Origin: Bdellovibrionota bacterium
GTDB taxonomy: Bacteria; Bdellovibrionota_C; UBA2361; JBIKWN01
Direction: 5' to 3'
DNA length: 64,000 nucleotides
Assembly (NCBI GenBank): GCA_044356295.1
Contig: JBIKWN010000002.1
Span: 1 to 64,000 of the forward strand
Below are positions 20,043-29,931 of this stretch, one piece after another. The notes under the pieces were generated by a model. It did no database searches. It was not told the DNA's origin and worked only from the letters and a program-made list of their open reading frames with translations. Numbering within the stretch: the stretch's first letter is position 1; every line of letters starts with the position of its first letter. The position numbers were made by a program, and so were the translations under genes.

Positions 20043-23000
20043 ATGAGTGCTATTTCTCTTCTTAAAACCCGCCGATTTTTGCCCTATTTCATTACTCAAT
20101 TTACTGGCGCATTTAATGACAGTCTCGTCCGGAGAGCGGTCGAAATGCTCATAGTTTTTAAAGCATTAAGTGGTTCGATTCCCCCTCAGACCGCAATTTT
20201 TTCTCTCCTTGCGCTGTTTATGGCTCCATTTTTCCTCTGCTCTGCGTTTGCAGGTTACCTTGCTGACTCAACCAGTAAAGAAAAACTAGTGCAGTACATA
20301 AAAATTGCTGAAGTCTCAATCATTCTGATTGCATCAATCGCACTCTATAATCACAGTTTGATACTCTGTGCAGCTGCAATTCTTGGATTAGGAATTCATT
20401 CATCTTTTTTTGGACCAGTTAAATTTTCACTCCCACCTCAACACTTAGAAAAAAACCAGTTGATTGCCGGAAATGGATTAATTGAGGCAGGTACTAATAT
20501 TGCAATTCTTATCGGTACAATTTTAGGGAGCGTGCTTATTCTTATTGATCATGGAGAGTTATATGTTTCTGGTCTGGCAATTTTTGTATCACTTCTTGGT
20601 TTAGTTGCAAGTTTTTATATTCCAATTGCAAAACCTATGTCCAACATTACTTTAAAACGAAAAAGTACTTTTGGATTGTTAAAGAGTATTTTTAAAAATG
20701 AATCTATTTGGAGGATTAGCCTTGGGGTCTCATGGTTTTGGACGCTTGGCGCAGTGCTTATCTCACTTTTTTCATTGATTGTTAAAGATGTACTGCAATC
20801 ACCAGAGATTATAGTCAGTGTATTTTTTGCAATATTTTCTATCGGCGTTGGTACAGGATCAATGCTGTGTAATAAAATTCTCAAAGGTCAGATTGCTGCT
20901 ACTTTTGTTCCTCTTGCTTCTTTAGGCATGTCATTTGGACTTCTATCATTTTACAAATTACTTCATATCGTATCTGGTCAAGCAATACTTCCATCCTTTC
21001 TTTTTACTTCAGTCACTGGAATTCTTATTACTCTATCACTGTTTATCTTGTCACTATCTGCAGGGCTATTTATTGTCCCTTTATACGGACTGCTTCAATC
21101 TTTAACTACTGACGCTGATCGCTCTCAAACCATCGCAGCAAATAACATCTTGAATGCATTTTTGATGGTTACAGGAAGTATTGGACTTACCGTGTACTTT
21201 CAATGTGGTGGAACAGTAGAACAGGCACTCCTCATATTAGCTGCTATTAATCTTATTACTGCTGCTTATACATGCCTCTTAATTCCAGAACATCTCTTTA
21301 GAGGAAGTTTACAGATAATTTTTAATACTTTATTCAAGGCTCGAATTGAAGGATTAGAACATATTAGTTCACTTGAGGGACGTGCCTTGCTCATTGCTAA
21401 TCACCTCTCATTTTTGGATGCAGTTATGCTTGCTGCGTTTCTTCCAGGAAGAGTTACTTTTGCAGTGAATACAGAAATATCAAAACGATGGTGGATGAAA
21501 CCGGTTATGGTCCTTATGGATGCAATTCCACTTGATCCAATGAATCCGATGGCGATTCGAGTGCTCGTTGACCGCCTCAAAGAAGATAAAAAAGTAATGA
21601 TATTTCCTGAAGGAAGGCTTACGACTACTGGATCATTAATGAAAATCTATGATGGACCCGGACTCATTGCTGATAAAGCAAAAGCACCTATTATCCCTAT
21701 TCGATTAGATGGATTTCAATTCACACTCTTCTCTCGAGTATCAAAGATTTTAGGATGGAAACTATTCCCTCAGCTATCACTCTCAGTCAGAGCGCCCCAG
21801 CGACTTCAAGTTCCATTAGAATTACGAGGAAGACAGCGTCGAGACGCTTTAGCACTTGGACTTCACGACGTGATGACAGACCTCATGTATCAAACACATG
21901 AACGAGGACCAACAATTCTGCATAGTCTTAATAGAGTTGTAAGAATGTATGGATTTTCGAAAATTGTTGCAAAAGATCCAATGTTCGGTGAGATTTCGAG
22001 TGGGAATCTTATTAAAAAAAGTTTCGTCTTATCCCGAATACTTTCTCGAATGATACCACAACAAGAAACTACTGGTTTATTACTGCCAAGCGGAGTTCCT
22101 TTACTACTATTTTTCTTATCATTACATTGGCTCAAGAGGCTTCCAGCACTACTAAATTATTCACATACTCCGATGCAAATGGAGGCGACCTGTAAACTCT
22201 CTAAGGTCGAAACAATCGTAACATCCAAAAAATTTGTTTCTGTTGCTAAACTTGAAAAACATATCGATACATTAACTCAGTCTGGAATTCATATAGTGTA
22301 CACTGATGATATAAGTAGCTCTGTCTCTTCAGTAACAAAACTCTCTTTTCTTATTTTATTTTGGGTGCAACGATTTTTTGGATTCTGTACAGGTAAAGAC
22401 CCAATCCCTGGGGATGTCGGCGATAGTGCTGTTTTATTATTTACTTCTGGCTCTGAAGGAACGCCTAAAGGAGTCGTACTGTCACATGAAAATTTGCTTC
22501 ATAACGTTGATCAAGTTACGAGTACTATTCCATTACAAACTACTGATAAAGTTTTCAACGCACTGCCAATGTTTCACTCATTTGGCTTAACAGGTGGAAC
22601 ACTAATGCCTATATTACGAGGAGCTCAAACACTCCTCTATCCTTCTCCCCTCCATTACCGAATTATTCCAGAGCTTGTTTATAACGAAGCATCGACGATT
22701 TTATTTGGAACGCCAACGTTTCTTTCAGGTTATGCAAGAAAGGCTCATCCATATGATTTTAATTCGTTGAGATATATTTTTTCAGGTGCAGAGAGACTTT
22801 CAGATTCAGTGAGAACTCTCTATCAAGAAAAGTTTGGTATTCGTGTTTTCGAAGGATACGGAGCAACCGAAACGGCCCCAGTCATCTCTGTAAATACACC
22901 ATTTCATGCTCGAGCGGGCACTGTTGGACGTCTTGTACCAGGCATTTTGCACCGTCTGGAAGTAGTCCCAGGGATTGATGATGGAGGACGACTCTTTGTG

Positions 23001-23435
23001 AAAGGTTCAAATATCATGAAGGGATATTTCAAGATTGATGCACCGGGCGTGCTTCAACCACTTGCTGATGGATGGTACGACACTGGGGATATTGTATCAG
23101 TTGATGAGAAAGGATTTATTACTATTAAAGGAAGAGCAAAACGTTTTGCAAAGATTGGTGGAGAAATGGTTTCACTTACTGCTATTGAGCAATATTTAGA
23201 AGCTAGTTGGTCAAATGCTAAATTTGCAGTCATTGCAGTTACAGATGAAAGAAAAGGTGAAAAACTTATTTTAATAACAACATTAAAAGATGCATCCCGT
23301 GAATTAGTATCTCAAGTACTTCGGTCAAATGGATGCTCTGAACTTTCTATTCCAAAAGAAATTCGTATTCAAACAACTCTGCCATTATTGGGAAGTGGTA
23401 AAGTTGACATTCAAGCTTTGTCAGCAAATATATAA
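20043..23435 (+). CDS. aas: Acyl-ACP:2-acylglycerophosphoethanolamine acyltransferase / acyl-ACP synthetase fused to LplT-like MFS transporter
   Basis: MFS (RRFLPYFITQFTGAFND, FFGPVK), PlsC (NHLSFLD, IFPEGR), AMP-binding (FTSGSEGTPKGV, EGYGATE, WYDTGD, GRAKRFAKIGGEM). Confidence 0.93.
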   Translation: MSAISLLKTRRFLPYFITQFTGAFNDSLVRRAVEMLIVFKALSGSIPPQTAIFSLLALFMAPFFLCSAFAGYLADSTSKEKLVQYIKIAEVSIILIASIALYNHSLILCAAAILGLGIHSSFFGPVKFSLPPQHLEKNQLIAGNGLIEAGTNIAILIGTILGSVLILIDHGELYVSGLAIFVSLLGLVASFYIPIAKPMSNITLKRKSTFGLLKSIFKNESIWRISLGVSWFWTLGAVLISLFSLIVKDVLQSPEIIVSVFFAIFSIGVGTGSMLCNKILKGQIAATFVPLASLGMSFGLLSFYKLLHIVSGQAILPSFLFTSVTGILITLSLFILSLSAGLFIVPLYGLLQSLTTDADRSQTIAANNILNAFLMVTGSIGLTVYFQCGGTVEQALLILAAINLITAAYTCLLIPEHLFRGSLQIIFNTLFKARIEGLEHISSLEGRALLIANHLSFLDAVMLAAFLPGRVTFAVNTEISKRWWMKPVMVLMDAIPLDPMNPMAIRVLVDRLKEDKKVMIFPEGRLTTTGSLMKIYDGPGLIADKAKAPIIPIRLDGFQFTLFSRVSKILGWKLFPQLSLSVRAPQRLQVPLELRGRQRRDALALGLHDVMTDLMYQTHERGPTILHSLNRVVRMYGFSKIVAKDPMFGEISSGNLIKKSFVLSRILSRMIPQQETTGLLLPSGVPLLLFFLSLHWLKRLPALLNYSHTPMQMEATCKLSKVETIVTSKKFVSVAKLEKHIDTLTQSGIHIVYTDDISSSVSSVTKLSFLILFWVQRFFGFCTGKDPIPGDVGDSAVLLFTSGSEGTPKGVVLSHENLLHNVDQVTSTIPLQTTDKVFNALPMFHSFGLTGGTLMPILRGAQTLLYPSPLHYRIIPELVYNEASTILFGTPTFLSGYARKAHPYDFNSLRYIFSGAERLSDSVRTLYQEKFGIRVFEGYGATETAPVISVNTPFHARAGTVGRLVPGILHRLEVVPGIDDGGRLFVKGSNIMKGYFKIDAPGVLQPLADGWYDTGDIVSVDEKGFITIKGRAKRFAKIGGEMVSLTAIEQYLEASWSNAKFAVIAVTDERKGEKLILITTLKDASRELVSQVLRSNGCSELSIPKEIRIQTTLPLLGSGKVDIQALSANI

Positions 23436-23484
23436 GGAAATCTTCAGAGGCGGCGTCTTGTCGCTCGTTAGATAAATGGTTTTT

Positions 23485-24486
23485 TTAAACCAAGGCTTCA
23501 TCAGCGCCAGCACCAACTGCAATTTTTCCTTCAGCTTCAAGACGACGAACAATATCAACAATACCTTGCTGAACTTTTTCAACATCTTTGAGCTTGACTG
23601 GACCCATATTTTGAAGGTCTTCTTGAATCATTCCAGCCGCTCGTTGTGACATATTTTTATACAATAAATCTCTAAGATTCTGACTTGCAGTTTTAAGTGC
23701 CATGACTAATTGATCGCGAGGCACTTCTTTAAGAATTGTTTGAATTCCTTTGTCATCAATTTTTCCAATATCTTCAAAAGTAAACATCAGATTTCTGATC
23801 TCTTCAGCAAGCTCTGGATAAAGCTCTTCTATCTCGGTCATAATTCGAGTTTCATTATTTCTATCAATAAAGTTTAGAATATCAGCAGCAGATTTTGGTC
23901 CGCTGACTTCTTCTTCAGTTGCTAATCCATCACCTTTTAGCTGTGATCGAAGAACTTCGCGAACTTCATCAATCACTTCGGCTTTTACATTATTTAAATT
24001 TGATATACGAACCAGTACATCAGTTTGCATCTCTTCGCCCATGATTTGTAAAATGACTGCTGCTTGGTCGGGATTCATTTTTGCCATCAAAAAAGCAATG
24101 GTTTGTGGATGTTCCGAGGTAATAAATGAATTAAGTATTTTTTCAGGAATATCTTGAAAAATAGCACTAATTGGTTCTTTTCGTGAACCTGAAATATATT
24201 CTAGAAGATCACCTCCAGCACTTTCTCCAAATGCTCCTGAAATAACATCTTTTGCAAATGCCCTACCGTCAACAAGAAGTGTATCTCTTGCTTTCATTAA
24301 ATTTCGGAATTCATTTCCTATCAGAAGTTGCGTTTCTCGATCGACTTCTGAAACCAACATGAAAGCACGGCTTATCCTCTTAACTTCCATTTCATTGAGG
24401 TGTTGAAGCACAGCTGAAGCAGTGTCTCGCCCTAAACTAAGTAGAGTTAATGCAGCTTTTTCGGTTGGGGAGAGTTCTCGTGGCAC
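23485..24486 (-). CDS. fliG: Flagellar motor switch protein FliG
   Basis: EKAA..LL.LG, EHPQ, GPKSAADILN, IRNLMFTFED, NMSQRA, GPVKLKDVE. Confidence 0.93.
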   Translation of the reverse strand: MPRELSPTEKAALTLLSLGRDTASAVLQHLNEMEVKRISRAFMLVSEVDRETQLLIGNEFRNLMKARDTLLVDGRAFAKDVISGAFGESAGGDLLEYISGSRKEPISAIFQDIPEKILNSFITSEHPQTIAFLMAKMNPDQAAVILQIMGEEMQTDVLVRISNLNNVKAEVIDEVREVLRSQLKGDGLATEEEVSGPKSAADILNFIDRNNETRIMTEIEELYPELAEEIRNLMFTFEDIGKIDDKGIQTILKEVPRDQLVMALKTASQNLRDLLYKNMSQRAAGMIQEDLQNMGPVKLKDVEKVQQGIVDIVRRLEAEGKIAVGAGADEALV

Positions 24487-24721
24487 CCAATTGGGATGTA
24501 CTCAAAGTCTCTATTAGGTGATCTATTACTGATTTCAAGAACTTATCTAAGAAAATAGATCAAAACTAAGGCTAGAAGGAACCTGCATCACATGGCTTGC
24601 AATATGGTGTTTTATTATTATAACACTCCTGACTAATTAAGATTTATAGTAAGTAGCAACATTAAATTCTCATTTTTATACTACAAGCTATACATTCAAC
24701 CTTTTTCACTATAAAGCAATT

Positions 24722-25285
24722 ATGTCTTTCAAAGAAAACATCCTTCTTCAGTTCATCCTATCAGCATGTTTACTTGTTGGTGCTTTCAGTGGCTCTTATT
24801 ATGCCAAAAGATCCATGTACTCATCTTCACCTATATCTGACGTTGAACAGATTATTTCTTCAGGAACAAATGACAAGAAAAAATTGAGTACCGCTTCATC
24901 TATCGCTGCATCAATTCTTTTAACCGAACCTAAAAACTGCAATGTACTTATGCTTTCTGCTTTAGCTCTGCAACGTCAAGGTCTATTGCCCGAGGCAATG
25001 CAGCAATATCAGAAACTCAGTTTTGAATCTGAAAATTTTAATGTTCTTTCTCATTTAAATCTTGCCTCAATTTTTGAGGCATTAGGCAAGAATAGTGAAG
25101 CAGAAGCTCAATATCGTCTAGTGATCTCTCAAAATAATCGTATCCCACTGGTATGGGTTAATCTGATTAAGCTTCTATTAAAGCAGCAGAAAAATACTGA
25201 AGCTTCAAAAGAACTTGCTACTGCTTTAGAGTTATTACCCCAAGTTTCAGAAATACAGGCTTTAAAGAATTTAGTAAATCACTAA
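24722..25285 (+). CDS. TPR-repeat protein with N-terminal membrane anchor
   Basis: TPR-like repeats (HLNLASIFEALGKNSEAEAQY; ALELLP). Confidence 0.75.
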   Translation: MSFKENILLQFILSACLLVGAFSGSYYAKRSMYSSSPISDVEQIISSGTNDKKKLSTASSIAASILLTEPKNCNVLMLSALALQRQGLLPEAMQQYQKLSFESENFNVLSHLNLASIFEALGKNSEAEAQYRLVISQNNRIPLVWVNLIKLLLKQQKNTEASKELATALELLPQVSEIQALKNLVNH

Positions 25286-25303
25286 TATCTTTATTGATGA
25301 TTC

Positions 25304-26518
25304 TCAGGCTTTGCTAGAACTTGCAAATCTCAAAGATGGTTTCTCTAACAACTTCCAACTTATTGCTGATAGTACTCCACTAATCACAGTACATATAATA
25401 AAAAACAGATACGGATTCTTAATAGATGGAAAAAGAATCACTAAAAGTCTTTGGACAATATATCCGTAAACAAATAAACCATAAGAAAGATCGAATTCAG
25501 ACCATTTTCTGAAAATTCTTTTTCCCGAAAAAGCGATAACGATCCCCACTGTCCCAAAAATAAGATAAGAAAGGCTTAGAAGCCCAAATAGTTTTCCTAT
25601 ACACACCAATCCTAAAGCGACCAATGGTAAGAAGTAACCTGGGGTTATAAATTTTGCAAAACTATGCATTAAAACGCCGCTTGCAAAGCAGATAAGAAAT
25701 CTTGGAACATACGGAATCCAATCAAGGTTCTGTAATAGTTTTGGATCCATTGAAAAAACAATAAAAAGAAATGAAATCAGGTACAGATGCGCCCAAGAGA
25801 AAGTCCAATATTTTTTTGGAATCATCATGAAAAGAGCAGCGATAGCATACATTAATAATTCGTATCGAATGCTCCAAATGGATAGATTTAAAAATGGCGT
25901 TTCAAATTCTAAACCAAAGTCACGAATTCCCAATGAAGAACACTGGTGTATATACCCTGACAAAAAAAGAACTCTCGGGTCATTTTTAAAAATAGTAGGT
26001 AAGCCACTAAAAGTTACAACGATTATCAGAAGTAATAAAATTGAGACAACAGTTTTTATGCGAGGAAACTTAATTAACCCTAGAGGGATTACGGCAGCGA
26101 ATGCCAACAGGACAGCCATTGCAAGATATGAAGTTACTCCAAATTGGCAGTAACTAGAAAAGATTTCCACTGGTGAAATATTAAGAGCTATTATTCCTGT
26201 AATGACAGCGAGCAGTATGCTCATCAATAAAGCAGGAAACACTCTCCACCAACGTTTTTTTATGAATGATTCTACTGATGAGGACCGAGTCGCACTTTGA
26301 GCAATTAACAATCCACTCAGTGTAAAAAAAATAGAAACAGCAGCGCTACCAAAATTAATACAAAAATTAGTGAGTAAGTATAAAGGCTCTGGTTGTACTT
26401 GGTTGGGAAATAATAGGGCAAAGCTGTGATTAAACAGCACGCATACAACTAAAATATGACGTAATAAAAGATAATTATTATCATGACTTTGAACAGAATC
26501 AGAAAGGGATCGTAACAC
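25304..26518 (-). CDS. Acyltransferase family 3 (OafA/YrhL-like) membrane O-acyltransferase
   Basis: NNY.LLR...V.FNHS, AVSIFF.LSG.LI, R..RVFP, N.SIWSI.YE, DLSYG.FVY, SW.LLEKP. Confidence 0.88.
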   Translation of the reverse strand: MLRSLSDSVQSHDNNYLLLRHILVVCVLFNHSFALLFPNQVQPEPLYLLTNFCINFGSAAVSIFFTLSGLLIAQSATRSSSVESFIKKRWWRVFPALLMSILLAVITGIIALNISPVEIFSSYCQFGVTSYLAMAVLLAFAAVIPLGLIKFPRIKTVVSILLLLIIVVTFSGLPTIFKNDPRVLFLSGYIHQCSSLGIRDFGLEFETPFLNLSIWSIRYELLMYAIAALFMMIPKKYWTFSWAHLYLISFLFIVFSMDPKLLQNLDWIPYVPRFLICFASGVLMHSFAKFITPGYFLPLVALGLVCIGKLFGLLSLSYLIFGTVGIVIAFSGKRIFRKWSEFDLSYGLFVYGYIVQRLLVILFPSIKNPYLFFIICTVISGVLSAISWKLLEKPSLRFASSSKA

Positions 26519-26660
26519 GCGGGCATTATCACTTTGAGAATCATGTTCGTAAATATGCCAACTTTATTGATTTTTTCTCGGATAAGCGCTTCTCATGAGG
26601 CTTTTATCCTTGATTAGCTTAAAAGCTCGATTCGTGATAGATTGCCTATCTAACCACCGC

Positions 26661-26761
26661 GAGATTCCCCTTCCAATTCCGGCAGCGGCGCCTCCACTCG
26701 TTAGCTATAGCGCTCTGGTGAGTGCAATTTACATTATAAAAAACATTTAAGGGAATCTCCT
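26661..26761 (+). promoter_or_regulatory. Structured 5' leader of DEAD-box helicase mRNA occluding the RBS
   Basis: gagattccc (26661-26669) is the exact reverse complement of gggaatctc (26751-26759), which overlaps the SD just before ATG 26762. Confidence 0.5.
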
Positions 26762-28432
26762 ATGGATACTGGTATATCGTTTGCCAAACTTGGCTTATCG
26801 TCTGAAATTTTAAAAGCAATCAAAGATTCGGGTTACACAAACCCTACTCCTGTTCAACAAGAAGCAATTCCTGAACTTATGGCAGGAAGAGACGTTTTCG
26901 CATCTGCTGATACTGGCACAGGAAAAACAGCAGCATTCATGTTGCCTGCTCTTGAAAAACTTACTAAACCATCTGAATTGCCGGGTAAAGGGCCAAGAAT
27001 TCTAGTTCTTACCCCTACTCGTGAACTAGCAACACAAATTACTAATGCCGCAAAACAATACGGGCGTTTTCTTCCAAGAATTAAAACTGTTTCTATTCTT
27101 GGTGGAATGCCGTACGAGCCACAGCGAAGAGATCTGAAACATTACGTTGATATTCTGATTGCAACTCCTGGGCGACTTCTCGATCACACAAGAGAAGAAA
27201 AAGTTGATTACTCACGTGTTGAAATGTTTGTTCTTGATGAAGCAGATAGAATGCTTGATATGGGATTCTTAGAAGATGTTGAACAGATTGCTTCTTACCT
27301 TCCAGCAGCACGTCAAACTGTACTTTTTAGTGCAACACTGAAGAGAGTTTCAAAATTAGCAAAACAGATTACAAAAGATCCAAAAACAATTGAGATCGCA
27401 CAATCAATTAATACTAATGACAATGTGAAACAACATGTCATCTTTGCTGATGATGAAAATCATAAGAGAAGACTGTTAAAGGAAATACTTAACCGAGATA
27501 ATTTAACGCAAGGAATTGTTTTTTCTGCGACGAAAGCACATACCGAAGTAATTGCTGAGGATCTTGAAAGAGACGGCATGAGCGCAACTGCAATCCATGG
27601 TGATCTTCGTCAACGAAGCCGCGAAGCTATTATTCGTAAACTTCGTTCAAACAGAGTCCAAGTTCTTGTTGCAACAGATGTTGCTGCACGTGGTATTGAT
27701 ATCCCAGGACTTTCGCATGTTATTAACTATGATATTCCGCGTACTGCTGAAGATTATACACACCGTATTGGTCGAACAGGACGTGCTGGCTTAACAGGTA
27801 TGGCGATTACTTTTGTTTCGCGAACTGAAAGACATAAGCTTCGTTTTATTGAAAAAGATTTAGGTCATCCGATTGAAGTTATTGAAATACCTGGATTTGA
27901 AGCTAAACCTGTACAAGAGCGCCCTTTCAACCAACGTGGTGGAAGCAGACATTCCGATCGTAACCGCGGTGGACGTAGCGGTGGTGGCGGTGGTCAATCA
28001 AGAGATCGCGGCAGATTTGGTGGTGGTCAATCTCGTGGCAATAGCAGAGGCGAAAGAAGTGATAGAACTGATTCACCTCGTAGAGAATTTAACCCAAGTG
28101 CAAGACCCCAACGAGATGGAGGTCGACCTGAAAATACTAGATCTGATGCTCCTCGAGGCCGTTCAAGCGATGCTCCTAGAGGACGCACAGGCGATGCTCC
28201 AAGGGGTCCTTCAAGAAATAATGACTCACGCCCAGATACAAGATCTGAATCAAGAAGAGATTCAAGACCTAGCAACACTGGAAACAGTTCAGGACCAAAA
28301 AAACCATTTAGTAGAGAACGTGATCGTAATTCAAGTACCTCAGGTGGAAGTAAACCTGCTGGTAGCGGCGGTGGTTCGAGAAATAACCGAAATAAAAGTC
28401 GTGGTGGTAGTTCTTCTCGATTTACTAGGTAA
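26762..28432 (+). CDS. DEAD-box RNA helicase with RGG/Arg-Ser-rich disordered tail
   Basis: Q motif PTPVQ, TGTGKT, PTRELA, TPGR, DEAD, SAT, ARGID, HRIGRTGR. Confidence 0.96.
   Translation: MDTGISFAKLGLSSEILKAIKDSGYTNPTPVQQEAIPELMAGRDVFASADTGTGKTAAFMLPALEKLTKPSELPGKGPRILVLTPTRELATQITNAAKQYGRFLPRIKTVSILGGMPYEPQRRDLKHYVDILIATPGRLLDHTREEKVDYSRVEMFVLDEADRMLDMGFLEDVEQIASYLPAARQTVLFSATLKRVSKLAKQITKDPKTIEIAQSINTNDNVKQHVIFADDENHKRRLLKEILNRDNLTQGIVFSATKAHTEVIAEDLERDGMSATAIHGDLRQRSREAIIRKLRSNRVQVLVATDVAARGIDIPGLSHVINYDIPRTAEDYTHRIGRTGRAGLTGMAITFVSRTERHKLRFIEKDLGHPIEVIEIPGFEAKPVQERPFNQRGGSRHSDRNRGGRSGGGGGQSRDRGRFGGGQSRGNSRGERSDRTDSPRREFNPSARPQRDGGRPENTRSDAPRGRSSDAPRGRTGDAPRGPSRNNDSRPDTRSESRRDSRPSNTGNSSGPKKPFSRERDRNSSTSGGSKPAGSGGGSRNNRNKSRGGSSSRFTR
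28142..28213 (+). repeat. 24-bp coding tandem repeat x3 (xDAPRGxx)
   Basis: gatgctcc recurs at 28145, 28169 and 28193; peptide SDAPRGRS-SDAPRGRT-GDAPRGPS. Confidence 0.8.
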
Positions 28433-28502
28433 AAATTCGAATTTTGTATCCGTATTTAATGGTTACTAATAGGCAATGTGATTAAGTTACGGTATTTCTA
28501 CT

Positions 28503-28572
28503 CCGTGACCTTGAGCGTAGGCGTGAGCGTGAGCTTAAACTATTTGGGTCACGCACACGCTCAAGGTCACGG
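28503..28572. repeat. REP-like hairpin built of GAGCGT-like hexamers
   Basis: Perfect 16-bp inverted repeat ccgtgaccttgagcgt (28503-28518) / acgctcaaggtcacgg (28557-28572) with inner gcgtga/tcacgc stem. Confidence 0.75.
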
Positions 28573-28605
28573 TAGTTGAGTTCTTCACTTATGGACATTG
28601 GCGTT

Positions 28606-28652
28606 AAAAGGGAGGGAGATATGCATTTTCTGGCATATCTCCCTCCCTTTTT
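28606..28652. terminator. Bidirectional intrinsic terminator
   Basis: 19-bp perfect stem aaaagggagggagatatgc / gcatatctccctccctttt between convergent genes, with U-runs on both strands. Confidence 0.85.
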
Positions 28653-28743
28653 GTATGAGGTTGATGCGCTCATTGAAAGCTGAAACACTAAACGCTCTTC
28701 TATGGATCAAGAAGATCGTTAGTAGCATTTTAATGAGTGATAA

Positions 28744-29778
28744 TTAAAGAATAGAAGGTAATAAAGCTAAACTATCTAACACATACGATGGAGACACATC
28801 ATACATCTTATCTTGTCCACCTTTACCTGTCTTAACCAAGACTCCTTTGCATCCTGCGTTTTCAGCTAATTTGATATCACTCGTCATATCTCCAACACAA
28901 AAGCTTTTTTCAACGATGATATTTAATTCCTTTTTAGCTCGATCAATCATTCCGGTTTTTGGTTTACGACAATTGGTATTGTCAGCTTTACTAAATGGAG
29001 AATAATAAAGTTTTTCGATAGAGAGCCCTACTTTTGAAGCTTGTTTCATCAACTCAAGATTAGTTGCAAACAAGTCTTCTTTTGTAAAATAACCAAGTCC
29101 AATACCAGGTTGATTCGTAACGACTACAATCCTATATCCTTTATCTTGTGCAACTTTTAATGCTTCAAGTGCTCCTGGAATGACCTTTAATTTCTCTGGT
29201 TCATGAAGGTAATCAACAAGCTCAATCATTGTACCATCTCGATCCACAAAGATTGCTGGCTTAGGCTCATAACTAATCGTTGGTGGCACAGAATGATTTG
29301 CACCATACAGAGCGCCGATTTTTTCAATTATCGCCGAGGATGAATAACCATCTATCACAGGGACAAGTTCGACGCGTCCACCATAACTTTCAACAATAGG
29401 TTTCGAGGATAATTTATCAAGTGAATAGTCCCCTGCTTTAAGATAAATATCAGGCTTTAATAATTCAATATTTTTATTGTTGTTTGTTTCATCAAAATCA
29501 AAAACAAAATCTACTACGCCTAGACCAGCAACAACTCTTTTTCTTGCTTCTTTTGATACAATCGGACGGAGTGGGCTCTTATAAGTGCGAACTGAGGAAT
29601 CACTGTTAACACCAACAATCAGAACATCACAAAGTTTTTTTGCATCTTCAAGATACTGGACATGCCCTGGATGAATGAGATCAAAAACGCCAGATGTATA
29701 TCCTATGACTTTTTTATTTGCTTTTAGAGATTCACAAATGGGAATCAAATCATCACGGGTAAAAATTTTATCTAGCAT
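28744..29778 (-). CDS. Fused heptose-1-phosphate adenylyltransferase (RfaE domain II/HldC-like) and heptose-1,7-bisphosphate phosphatase (GmhB-like)
   Basis: GVFDLIHPGH, GVNSDSSV, KAGDY, SSS.II; then HAD motifs FVDRDGT, TNQPGIG, CRKP, GD..SD. Confidence 0.88.
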   Translation of the reverse strand: MLDKIFTRDDLIPICESLKANKKVIGYTSGVFDLIHPGHVQYLEDAKKLCDVLIVGVNSDSSVRTYKSPLRPIVSKEARKRVVAGLGVVDFVFDFDETNNNKNIELLKPDIYLKAGDYSLDKLSSKPIVESYGGRVELVPVIDGYSSSAIIEKIGALYGANHSVPPTISYEPKPAIFVDRDGTMIELVDYLHEPEKLKVIPGALEALKVAQDKGYRIVVVTNQPGIGLGYFTKEDLFATNLELMKQASKVGLSIEKLYYSPFSKADNTNCRKPKTGMIDRAKKELNIIVEKSFCVGDMTSDIKLAENAGCKGVLVKTGKGGQDKMYDVSPSYVLDSLALLPSIL

Positions 29779-29931
29779 TTTATAATTCTACTTCTTTGAA
29801 TTGGTACGTTTTAGCCAATACAACAATTATATACATCTTTAATGAATTTCCCATATCCAACCTTACTATTAGAACGAGCCTGAAATATATGTTCTTGAAT
29901 ATCTATACAAGAAGTCTATTATCATGATTCT

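Noticed and set aside
28142..28652. CRISPR array
   Set aside because: Repeats are a coding 24-bp tandem and isolated hairpins; no repeat-spacer periodicity and no cas genes.
27873..28688. ORFs 27873..28469 (+), 28027..28278 (-) and 28482..28688 (-)
   Set aside because: Alternative-frame products of the low-complexity helicase tail and hexamer hairpin (SRSRLRSRSRSR); no family signal.
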